64,000 bases of DNA from Epiperipatus broadwayi (lineage: Eukaryota; Animalia; Onychophora): assembly GCA_028023455.1 (NCBI GenBank), contig JAQFVV010000009.1:17856001-17920000 (forward strand), read 5' to 3'. The position numbers and the translations under genes are program-made. Below the pieces are notes generated by a model that saw nothing but the letters and a program-made list of their open reading frames with translations, searched no databases and was not told the DNA's origin. Each line of letters begins with the position of its first letter. Position 1 is the first letter of the stretch. Below are positions 1 to 12,048 of the stretch, piece after piece.

Positions 1-151
1 AGAAATACATAAATGAAAAATTAATAACACACGATAATATATATGAAATTAATAAAATAGAGTGTACCATATAAAGTCTTTTTCATATCTCTCTGGGCTC
101 TGAGAAGGCTATTCATCTGTTCATCCAGAATGGTGAGGACTTCTCTTGAAT

Positions 152-269
152 ACGGCATTATTCAGCAGCTTTCATCATCACTTGATGGCTGGATTTATGA
201 GATATTTCTGACGGCATTATTCAGCAGCTTCCATGATCATTTGATGGCTGGATCTAGGAGACACTTCTG
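152..269. repeat. Two-copy ~59 bp tandem repeat
   Basis: acggcattattcagcagct...tgatggctggat...ttctg at 152-210 and 211-269, with a few substitutions. Confidence 0.9.
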
Positions 270-1296
270 ATGGCAGGAGCGGAGGTGGGTGGGTGCACTG
301 ACTGGGGATTTCTACTCCATGACGCTTTCACGGACAAGAGTATACTTGTGTTTCAGGTTTAATCATAATTTCCTCTTTGGTCGACAATTATCCACTAATA
401 AGAGTGTTTTCTTTTTGGTTTCTACAGCACTGGTAACGGTTCTCTTTTACTTTGGGTTTTCCAAACACCAGCATCTTCCCGTAAACACAGTCCTGTATCA
501 CACTAATAATAATTGGCTAGTTGGAAATCATCTTGAAGCTTGCTCTACATCATTGTGATATAAAAAATATCTAGAACTCCTTGAATGGTTGACTGTTTGT
601 CTCTGTATGTTCGACTCCAACTCTCTAAGTTTACGTAAGTTGAATAAGTTCAATAAATTCACCTCCAATTCTAAGATTAAGCAAGCAAGTTAAAAAAAAT
701 CCAATAAGTTAACATTAGTGAGTGAATGATTGACTGATTCAGGGAGTGAGTGATTGACTCAGAAAGAGTTAGTGAAAGTGGGTGACTGAGTGTCCGAATC
801 TCCCAAGCATTTGGTGAATAGCTTATATAGTCCACTCATTACAATCCCAATCCAGGTACCCCTTTGAAAAACATTTAATTAGCTAATTTTGACTTTTGTT
901 AATGGATTCATACAATGCATGAAGCATTCCTATGTAATCCCCTAATCAATCTCAAGAATTTTTATTTTTAATTAAATTTATTATCTACTCCGACCACTAT
1001 CTCATTCAACACAAAAAAAAAAAAGAAAAAAAATTTACTATGTAACATATTTTTGATAATTAGATTACATTTAAAAATATTTTTTAATTAAACTAGATAT
1101 TTTTCTCCACCCACATTAACATAAGTTTTAACGAATTCTTTTGTCTAGTTGAAATACTTGAAAATTAAAAAAGAACTACTAAAAATACAAATGCCTTTAG
1201 GCTTTTCTTAAATTTAGAGTAATGACTTTCCCTCCTGCTTAAATGTGTTTGTAGAGAAAAATAACCAATAAAACTTTTGATTTTAAAATTTATGTA

Positions 1297-2290
1297 CACC
1301 TGCGTCTCGTTTTATGCGATAGATAGGTTCCTCAGAAAACACGCGCAAAAATAGACGTAACTTACCTTGAAAAAGGGGGGATACGAACTGTGATTTTTCA
1401 AAAATCGCATAAAAGCAAAGCACCAACGTAAAATTACTTTAAAATTGGCGCAAAAAAAAAATAAGGAAATAAAATATGACTAATAAAAAATTTCAAATTT
1501 GAAAAAAATTGATACAAGACAAACTTTTTTTAACTATAATATTTAATTTTATTCAAAACAATATATTTTTATGCATAATTTACAATACAGTAATTGACAT
1601 TTTTTATACATGTTTTAATTATTATTGCTACTTGCCGATAAACAGGTTCATTTGCAAACTGGTAAAAAAATCAGATTCTTCACAAGAGGAAATACAACTA
1701 GCACTGACTTCACTCTCATGTTGTGTTAATGGTTTTCTGATGACAACGTAATTAGTAATTAATCTTTGAGATGATGATTTTATTAATTGTTTATGAAGCT
1801 CGCGATATCCAGACATACAACCATTTAGCTCTCGTTGGAATTTAAGAGCATGTTCGTGATTAGTGTCATTAATAAGAAAATAATTAAAAATAAACTTGCG
1901 GGCACTAAATGATTAATAATTGATTACGTTCTTTTTTAAAAAGCAAAAACAGAATTTGATATAAAATGCAAAATTAACACACACAATGTTTGAACAAATT
2001 TACATTATAATCTTGTAAAATTTAATGTGGGTATACATAAAATGTGGAAATCATGATTTTAATTTCATTATTGCATAAAATACTTGCTATTATAAAGCAC
2101 TGAAAATATTGAAATTACTAAGATGAAAGTCGAATTCCAATAATGTGCTATTACTTTCAATATGATGTAAGTGCGCAAAATTTATTATTTAAAGTAATAG
2201 TGCATTATCGGAATTCGACTGCCGAAGAAACATGAATCGCATAACTTCAAAATCGCGTTAAATAAATCCACGTAAAATGAGACCCATGTG
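1297..2290 (-). mobile_element. Non-autonomous pogo/Tigger-like (Tc1/mariner) DNA transposon, internally deleted
   Basis: Imperfect 22 bp TIRs: cacctgcgtctcgttttatgcg (left) vs reverse complement of right end cacatgggtctcattttacgtg. TA on both flanks (1295-1296, 2291-2292). Minus-strand remnant EHALKFQRELNGCMSGYRELHKQLIKSSSQRLITNY (~1750-1860) resembles Tigger-type transposase C-termini (recalled, not searched). Confidence 0.8.
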
Positions 2291-2487
2291 TATTTGTTGG
2301 AACATATAATCATTTCCGTCTTTTGTTTTTCCTTTTACAAACTCTTCACACAAAAAAATATAAATACAAATTACACACAAACATCTTTGCGTTTCTTAAA
2401 AAAAAAGAACATAAAATAATAATAAAAATTTATTATAAGCATATAGCTAATATGCTAACACATCGAATTGTAAATTATAAGCCTTAA

Positions 2488-3720
2488 CGGTTGTCATCGA
2501 ATAGCTACTATATCCCACTCGATGGCGCAGTTTTCACGCTTAAACTATAAAATATGATCATTCCCGGGCTGTTAATTATAATCATTTTGATGTGTTTTTT
2601 GTAATGCGAAAATAAAAACAAAAGAAAATAGTCTTTTTTAAATATTATTTAATTTTAAATATTATTTTTTATTAACGTATACAAATTAAATGATAATAAT
2701 AAATGTAAAATAAAATAAACAAATTACAATTTGATTCGTCTTTTTTAGTTTGCTTTTTATTAGAAAAATCAATTTTCTATCGGAGATTTTTTTACTGGGG
2801 TTACGGCTTTTTTTGTTGTTGTTGTTTACCGCTGGTTTTTATTTCAAAAAGAATGATAACTAAAAGTAAAACTTGTTACGGTTACGTTTAGGGTTAGTTT
2901 TAGGAATTAGGATTAGGGTTAGTTTTAGGGTTAGTTTTAGGGTTATTGTTCTGTTGTTTGTAATGCTAAAATAAAAAATATCAAAATCGTATTTTTGTAA
3001 ATATTTTTTTTACTAACATCTATAAAATAAATGATAACTATAAAGGTAAACTATATTCAACAAAGTATAACAGTAGTCGGAGAAAAGAAAGAAACTAAAA
3101 CTTTTTTAAACAACGACAAATATATATGTAATAAAATGTTTATAATATATGTTTTTTATGACATTTAAAAAAAATGGGTACAATTGTACTTTTGTTACGG
3201 GATATTTTTGTGTTAACGCTATTTTTTATTTCAAAAATATACACGTTACAACTTCTTTGTCTCATGGAATGTTATGAACAGTACGTTACTTGACTTGTTA
3301 CCTAATTCCAAATAACTTTATACATATATCTCGTCAACATTTACTACTTAAAACTTCAATACACTACAGTATAAAAAGTCTGTTAATTATTACTTTACAA
3401 AATCGGAACATTTCAATACTTTAAAATAAAAAAAAATCAAATGAAAACAACATTTTCATCCAATTCAAAAAAACACACCCTCTCCCCAAGCCGTAACCAT
3501 TTTATAAACTGTGTGATATTCGGAAAATTATTTGCTGCATAAAACATACATGCTGTACTGCAATGCGACATAGCGGCCTGCAATCTGTATCACAACAAAA
3601 AAGTTGTATTATAGAAAATGCAGGTTCGAAGGTATCGGCCGCGGAAACAGCATTTTTATGTGTTTTAGCACAAAAACAGCACCATCCAGTGGGATATAGG
3701 CCTCTTCGACGACAATCGCC
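2488..3720. mobile_element. TTAA-flanked non-autonomous DNA element with ~90 bp imperfect TIRs (Kolobok-like)
   Basis: TTAA at 2484-2487 and 3721-3724. Left end cggttgtcatcgaatagctactatatcccactcgatggcgcagtttt aligns with reverse complement of right end ggcgattgtcgtcgaagaggcctatatcccactggatggtgctgtttt. No ORF. TTAA target with an RR terminus on the right end fits Kolobok better than piggyBac (CC). Confidence 0.65.
2887..2945 (+). repeat. Degenerate telomere-like tract (TTAGGG x4, TTAGG x2)
   Basis: tttagggttagttttaggaattaggattagggttagttttagggttagttttagggtta read directly. Confidence 0.8.
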
Positions 3721-5603
3721 TTAACTATTGGCTTTTCTTGTGTGTGCGAGTATATGATATATCCACAGACCCTTCTCATTTATTTTATAACGACTTAATT
3801 TTGGTTATATAAATGGTATACACACCCCCTTTAATGGCTTTATTACATATTTTAGGCCTTACTGCTCTAACATAAATGCCCCCTTGTTTGAATGCCATAA
3901 TTTATACAAATAATATGCTGTGTGGCTCTAATATATATATATCAGATTTTACTTAGTAAAAGATACATTAAAATTTACCCCCTTTTCTGTTCAATTCCAT
4001 CTTCATGGATTTTGATAATAATTAGAATATTTAAACATTTGATATTTTAAAAGTATGAAAAATAAAAGAAACTAGCACTTGTATAGAAAATAATAGGTCA
4101 CCCTTTCAGAATTTAAATAAACAACATTTTAAAAGATTTCAAAGTGTTAATTAACTTGAGTGATGGATTTATCCTGGATAGAATTACTTCATTCTATTTG
4201 AAGTTTAACAAATAACAAAAACTTTATAATAAAAACCAACATAAAATGTTGATTTGTAAAAACAATCTAGCGAACATCTTAATTAATCATACATTATGAT
4301 TTGAGGGGACATTAATAACCTTAAGTCTTGGAGGTTTAACTAACAGGAGGAAAGAATTTGAGAAATTCAGCTCATCTGATTTCTTGAGATTGGCATATTA
4401 ATAATAATTAAAACAGACATATGAAATCAAGTAAGAAATACATATAAATAAATGACCGCACCAAAGTTAAAGAAAGTTAGAGCATATGAGATAGGGTTAG
4501 ATAAAAAATTATTTGAGAACAATTTACATTCTACATATTAGAAAGCAATAAAATTAAATGATACATTAAAAGAAATCTTGCTAGTAGGGTTCGAAATTAG
4601 TTAGATTAGATTTACTTTTAGATTGCAGCATGATACTGATTTACCTTTCACATTTCTTAAAGTCCGTTTAAAAAGTCAGGCTCATGCACAGCGGTCCAGG
4701 GATCCATTCGAGTTCTTAGGTAACAGCAAGCTTCTGATCAGCATTCCAAAGTTCTCAGGCCGAGCTTTTACTTCATTCTTAAGCAACAGGATGGTATGGC
4801 AGCGGAAGATGACCTCCACAGAGTGAGAAAGGTGGTGCACTTACTACTCGATCATTATCTTTAAATTTCAAACCGTCATGGGTTATGTTGACAACACGGC
4901 TCTCTCAATAGTAGTTAACTGTTGGTATATAAAATCAGCCCATTTTATATCCCACTCAGGTATTTGTGGAATGCTTTTAATTTCTTATTTCTAGCTTAAA
5001 ATCTAATTTTCAATCTAACAAAATCTTACATTTTCTTTGTCCATTGTTCTTGAAGATGCAATCATTAGATAATGTTCAAAAAATGTATTCAAATATATTT
5101 CCAGATTGGAAATAGATTTGACAAAAATGTTTATAACAAAAGTAAAATCTATTAATCTTATTCCCCACTTTATTTTTAGTAAAATTTTAATTAAAAATTC
5201 CTTCCCAAGATTAAACCTATTATATTTCCAACCCTTTAATTATTTTTGGACAATTAACAGTTGCGTCTGCCATCTTGGATGTGACAAAATATACAATTTA
5301 ATAGAAAAAAACAATTTAAAAAGAAAAAGTTTTATAAATGATGCAAAATAAACTATTTATAAAATTAATATTTTGTTAGTATATTTGCTCCTGTATTGTG
5401 TATATATATATATATATCTATATCTATATCTGAGCCACACCTATGTATTTCAATGTGAAGGAAAAAAATTAATAATAATAAAAAAAATATTGAAAAGCTC
5501 AAATTTATAATTTTGAGGCACACATCTCAGACATATATCCATGAAATATACATGTACAACTAAAGGAGTGGGATGGGACATAAGGTTTGAGTATAGGTTA
5601 GTA

Positions 5604-8226
5604 CAGGGGTCAGCAACCTTTTAGTAGTGTTGTGCCGAATCTATGTTACAATGTTATTCCACATGCCAACATGATTTTACCAACCTTATTATATTATATT
5701 ATCAAAATTGGTTGTTATAATGGGCTTCAAAGTTATATATATTATTATATTATATAATATATACTTTTGAAGTCCATTATAACTGGATCTTATATTATTG
5801 GTCATTCAATATTTTAAAATACTTAGAATCATGTGAAAAGTACCTTTTTTTAAATTTGTAATTTTTAACATGCTTATTAAAAATTATATTACAAATTATA
5901 AATTACAACTTTTTACCTATACTAAATATATAATTTAAATGAAAAAATATCATGAATTCTAATATGATTAGCCATTTTTTATTATTAAAATAAATTAATG
6001 TGAACCTTGCTCTTGTATTTCTTTGCTCAATTGCTCAATGTCAGGTATGTAATTGATCACTTTTAGCTTCACGCATGCTTCTGAATGTTCAGGTGTTGAG
6101 CAACTTCTTTGTGAACTTAAAATATTTTTCATATGTGAGAAAATTTGTTCATATAAGTAAGTTGAACCAAATCCCAAAAGCAAAGCACAAGCAGTTTTTT
6201 TCAAAGAATTAAATGTTTAGATAATGATACCGAACAATTGAGAATGACGGCCAGCTTTTCTAGACAGTTCCCTTCAAGAGTTTTCTGCAATTCTACAAAT
6301 TTAGTTTTCCACAATTCTGATGACATTAATTTGATTAATTCCATTTCAAAACTATCAATATCCATCCATTCAAAAAGAGATAAATCAAATGGAGTCATCT
6401 TTAAATCAATCAAGTCAGGTTTGATGAGGAAAGAAAATATGGGTGTGTGTATTTGGAAGTCTTCACATCATTTGGAAAATTATTCTCTGAGAGCTTGAAG
6501 TTCAGCTTTGTTAATGTTAAATTGATTTGCATGGGCCTTTACATTTGGAAAGTACTTGTAAGTTGTATCACACCAAAATATATCTAATTTTGATGCAAAT
6601 CCTTTCCAATATTTAAAAGCTTTTAGTACTGTTTGACCCTTCCCTTGCAAATGCAAGTTTGACTCATTCAGGTGTTGAGTTATATTGGACAGAAACATCA
6701 ATTTGCATAATGAGTCTTCATTATTTATTTCCAGATAATGTTGTTCTTTTTCATTAAGAAACATCTTTATTTCTTTCAGACATGATACAAACCTGTTCAA
6801 GACATTACCCTGACTAATCCAACAAACATTGCTGTATAGAGGGAGGTCTATATATGTGTACTATTGATTTCTTGCAAAAGGGATTTAAATTGCCTATGTT
6901 TTAATGAAGAATGAAAAACTATGAAATTAATTATTTTAATGACAGTATCCATTACAAAATTCAAGCATTGTGATGTGATTTTTGCAACTAAATTTTCCTA
7001 GTGTATAATGCAGTGGAAACTCAATATTCGTTGTTTAATATGATTTTCAAGAAGTTTAACAAATCCCTTTTTCCTTTCTGACTGGATGGCATCAGTAGTA
7101 ACACTAAATATTTTATTTATGTTGATTTTCTGATTTTCAAAATAATTGAAAAATGCAGTGAAAATATCATGTCCCTTTGTTGTACCAGTAAGAGGAATCA
7201 AGCAACACAATCCTTCATAAATGTGATTGTTGGCACAATATCGTGTAACTATTGCTAGGCATGCCACATCATTTACATCAGTGCTTTTATCAATAGCAAC
7301 ACTGAATAAAACTGCTGCTTTTCTCTTATGTTGTTACATCTTCGACCATGCCACTTATTCTTTTTTGAATTGATCTTGCAGAAGCTGGTATTTTTTGAAT
7401 TTGAGACAGTATTGTTTGTTTATTTGATAGATCACTGAATAAGATTTCAGCATTTTTCAAAAATGTTTCTTCGATTAACCGTCCATCTGTGAAAGGTTTG
7501 CCTTTCAAAGCCACATAATGAGCAATTGTATAACTACTTTAGGTGGCTTTATTTTGGGTTTCAATTATTTGACTAAAATAATTAGTTTGTTTTTTAAAGG
7601 CAGAAACAGCTCTTTTTATAGCTTCACTTTTCTCATTTGAGTTTTTAAATATAAACACATGTTTAATTTGATAATGTCTTTGTACACTTAAGGTAATACA
7701 TACAATACTTTCACAGCATAATGTACACACAGCACAATCTTTTTGCTGTACAAATTCATATTCGTTTGTCCAAGAGTCTTGAAAAGAGCGAATATCATGT
7801 CTTTATCTTCTGTGGGACATTTTTGGAATCTCTCAGTCACTATGCCATGAGAATCTCTTTTTTGAAAGAAGCGCCACCAATGAGCATCGATTATTTACCA
7901 TTCAACTACCAAAAATAGCTTTCTAGAATTGATAACATAATAAGCTTTTTATTTGGCTTACAATCTCATTTTTATTTTTATCAGAAGTAAAATGTGAATA
8001 TGCAGAATTTTTTTCATTTGCAAACAATATCTTTTAAATGAAGTCAAGTGTATAATTTTCTGATAAATAATGATTTAATCGTAAATTCAATGTTGAATGT
8101 AAAACCAAAAAAAAAAGACACTGAAGTTAATTTTTTTTTTTTTTACTATTTCCATTTATTCCGAGTGCCATTGCTAATCGTTGATGTGCCAAGCATGGCA
8201 CGGGTGCCATAGGTTGCTGACCCCTG
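5604..8226 (-). mobile_element. hAT transposon of Buster/SPIN (Charlie) type, full length, dead
   Basis: Perfect 16 bp TIRs caggggtcagcaacct (5604-5619) and aggttgctgacccctg (8211-8226). 8 bp TSD ggttagta/tgttagta (7 of 8 match) with the central TA typical of Buster elements. Confidence 0.95.
5995..7820 (-). pseudogene. hAT transposase pseudogene (GTF2IRD2/SPIN-like), multiple stops and frameshifts
   Basis: Minus-strand fragments in expected order: RSFQDSWTNEYEFVQQKDCAVCTLC..QRHYQIKH (BED-like), KGKPFTDG, FSVAIDKSTDVNDVACLAIVTRYC (first D), SVTTDA (second D), FHCIIH (CxxH), FLSNITQHLNESNLHLQGKG, FGSTYLYEQIFSHMK (E). Confidence 0.92.
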
Positions 8227-10580
8227 TGTTAGTAGATGGAACCAATCTTGGGCTAAGATTGACTGCTTCATATGGAATGATCAGACTTAGTGAAAATATT
8301 TGTTTTTCAATGTACTCTTTTCAGATTTATTTTTTTATGCTTTTTCCAAAAAAGAAAAATATGAAACATATATTTTTTTCTTTATTCATTGATATGTGAA
8401 TTAATTCTTCTTTCATTTGGTAAGACATACATTCTAATAACATTATTGGTTTTTAAATTTCAAATAGCATCAGAGCAAGTGTGGTCATTCCAAAATAGTT
8501 CTGAGTAAAATCTTCTATTATTGTTCTAATTAATCTGTGCCAGAGTACTTGAAGAGATCTAATAGAAAAATTGTTTGTTTTGTTTATTAAATTTTAAAGT
8601 TTTTTCAGTATATAAAGTAAATTATTAAATATTACCAATGCCTTATTACACTTGGTGAAAAAAAATTCAAGTTAGTTATTGCATTTTGTGCTATTTTATT
8701 TGTGTTACATATAAATTTCCTAATTATAATTCAGCATTTTAAATTCTCATTTATCACTGACATATTATGAGACTTGCATGGTGTATTATATAAGTCCTAC
8801 ATAAACTTTAATTATTTTAGTATTACTATATGTTTTATAATTTCAAATGTTGCTGAACTCTGAAAAGGTTAAGATATGTATAAAAAAAATTCCCCAAAAT
8901 AAATGAGGGACATGGGTGTATTATTGAATTGCAATAAAATACAGAAAAATTTTCTTTGAAAGTTTTAGATATTAATCAACATTTTAAACCAATTTTAAAA
9001 ACCATTGTTGAAAATAATTTATATGAGAGGATTGTTTTAAATGGTTTTTTTAAAAAAAAACTATGTTATTGTTTGTAAAGTTATAGTTTGTAATACTGAT
9101 TTGATTAAACAAGTTTTTAATGGAATTTTTAGGTCAAAGGGCTATTTGTGTTTTTATTAATTACTGTAGTTTCTAAATTTATGGTGTGTTTATTTCTGTT
9201 AAAAAAAAACTGTGTAGGATGAACATGTTTTTTTTTTACTTTGACCTTAATTTGATCAATATCATAATAAAAGTAAAATTGGTTGGTTTTAATATACAAA
9301 ACTGTGTAGTTAAAGGTATTTTTAGAAATAATTATATAACTGATAACATAAATTAGGTATATGGGTTTCATTTTATTTCCACACCTATTGACATCCTAAT
9401 TAACAAAAAGAATTGTCTTTGTAATTAAATTTTATAAAAATATTACATACTATTTGTTTAAAAGTTAATTGAATAAGTAAGTATAAAGATCTGATTTAGA
9501 ACATTTTACAGTGAAATTATTTATTTTGTTGCCTTTACATTAAGACTAGTGTCATTCTTACATCATGTAGTTAATGTATATTTTAGTTAATCACTTATTT
9601 GACTACAGAGTGTTCTGACATTATCACAGCTCAGACCATAAAAATGGTATATAAAGGGAATTCACATATTATTATATTTGTGATTTTAATATTTGTCATT
9701 GAAGTGGGAGACAGGTATCTGTATTTGGACATTTGTTAGTAAAATATATGACAGTAGAAATGCATTTATATATTTATGGTTACAGTTTTTGATCCCTTTT
9801 TTATTGTTTTAATTGTTGTTCCATCACATAAAACTATAGATACACTAAGAAAGCTAGCTGAAATAAGAATGACTTTAATCCTAATATAATGCCAACATGA
9901 AAAATAAATATACTGTGTAATATATGTTGCATATTATACACCATATACTTTTTTCTATTAGCTTGACTCTTATAAATAAAATGACCACATGCAGCTTTTT
10001 TACATTGATATTTAATAAATTTATTAAATATTGAATATAGTTGACGATTGCCAAACCATTTTGTTAACATAAATGTAGTTATCACATATTATAGATGTAT
10101 CTTTATTCTCATAAATTTGCATTCACTTCAATTGATTTTCAGTTTTTTTGGTTGTATAATCTAGTCTTCCAAATCATTGTCAGTATGCAATATTGTCAAT
10201 ATAATTATTATAAAATTCTGATATGTTTTTCTTAATGAATTGACTAATCCAAATTTTTTTACATTTAATGAGTTTTTTTTTTTACAAATGTAAATAAATA
10301 AGTTTAAAATCACAAATGGATTTAACCTCTGCCAAAATCATAAATAGATTTAATACCCCTCCCCTAATATTTGATTTTAAAGTTTTTCAGCTTAGGCTTT
10401 TTGCTAATCATTTAGAGTTGACAGAGTGAACCAATTGTTCTGGAGATTAGATTATACAAATTTAAACAAAATTATATTTAAAGAAGAGTATATCTAAAAT
10501 AAAGAATTTTAAAGTATTAAATAAAATTTCAGAACAGACAAGGTTAAGATAACTATAGAAAAACATATGTCTTAGAATAG

Positions 10581-11533
10581 TTATTAGTATCAATATCATT
10601 ATTTATCCAATGCAGGATGAAAGTCTCTCTAAGTTCAATCCAGTTTCTCTGAACTCTAGCTTTTTTTCTCCACATTATCTTTATTTCTTCCATTCATCTC
10701 ATATGTGGTCTTTTTCTAGGTATTTTACAATCTCTTGGAATCCAATTTAAGATTTTAACTGTTTATTTATTATCATCTCATCTAGAAATATGTCTAGCTC
10801 ATCCCCACTTCAATCTCTTAATTCTTTCAATGATGTCAATAATATCTTTTTGTTCGCTCACCCATGTATTTTGTTTTTGATCTCTTCTTGTTATTCTTAG
10901 GATACATTTCTCCATATTTTGTTGACTGATCTGAAGTCTCTGCATTGCGCTTCTATTAACTGTCCAAGTCTTTGATCTACAAATAAGAACTGGTAAAACA
11001 TATTCATTAAAAACTTCTTTTTAAACACAGGTGTATTTCCTTTTAATATTAATTTATTTCTATCAAAAACACTCCATTCAAGTTTAATTTTATGATTAAT
11101 TTCATCCATTATGTTTCCATTTATATTAATAATCTCACTAAGGTATTTGTAGCAGTTAACTTTTTCTAATTCATCATTATCAATTTTTACCTTTTTTTGA
11201 GAAAATCAATTGAATTTTATTTTAGTCTTTTTTTAGCATTTATTCTTAGTTCTACTTTCTTACTTTCATCTGATAACTCTTGCAACATTTCCCTAAGCAT
11301 TATTTGCAAAAACAATTACATCATTTACAAAATCTAGGTGATTTAAATATTTTTTTTAATTTTTATTCTCTTATCTTTCCATTTTAATTGACAAAATACT
11401 TCTTGAAAAATTGCTACACAATTTTTTGGAGATATAGAACCACCCTGTCATACATCTTTCTCAGTGTTAATATTCTTGATATCATTGTGTAATCTAATCA
11501 TTGCTGTTGTGTTTTGATACTTCAGTATATATC
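10581..11533 (-). mobile_element. 5'-truncated RTE-clade LINE relic (RT C-terminal half to 3' end)
   Basis: Minus-strand translations QGGSISPK, YLNHLDFVNDVIVFAN (decayed YADD region), MDEINHKIKLEWSVFDRNKLILKGNTP, and KRPHMRW-like. Homologous to 23750-24347. Confidence 0.85.
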
Positions 11534-11968
11534 AATGCGCCACATCTATATTAATAACAAGGAGTAAATAAATCCTATATTGTTATTGGCATTGCTGTTA
11601 ATTTCCAATCTTGAGAGAAGAATTAAGTTATAAATATTATTAAAAAAATTAAAATACTGAAAAAATCAATTAAGATCAGATTGGGGAAAAATCACAACAA
11701 AGTTTTAAAAAATTAAAAATAGCAAACTTGGTTAATATGCATAAAGTTAGTAATGATATGCACCTGACATAATGCTTGAAGATCTATCTTTTTTTTTTAC
11801 AAAATAACTATAGAGTAAGAAAACATTGGAAAACTGGAAAAACCATAAAATACATCACTATGTAAAAAGATAGAATGTTCTGTCTATAAATGTATTGGTG
11901 TTAAGACTAGTACAACATTAATTGATTTTCACAGCTTTACTATATTAATCAGAATATTTATTGTTTGC

Positions 11969-12048
11969 TTTAGGGTTATCTAGTATGATAGTTTAAGTTT
12001 ACATTAGATGATACTAGAGTAGAGAAAAGAGAAATATATTGTTCTTCC
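11969..12048 (+). repeat. Short dispersed repeat, second copy at 14165-14243
   Basis: ggttatctagtatga..aagtttacattagatgatactagag..agaaaagagaaatatatt vs ggttatctggtatga..aagtttacaatagatgatactagagaaaagagaaacatatt. Confidence 0.75.

Noticed and set aside
4300-5290. GC-richer segment with a YY1-like CAAGATGGC motif and short similarity to 59200-59280
   Set aside because: Probably a retroelement relic, but I found no ordered diagnostic motifs, and the ~50 bp similarity is too short to assert homology.
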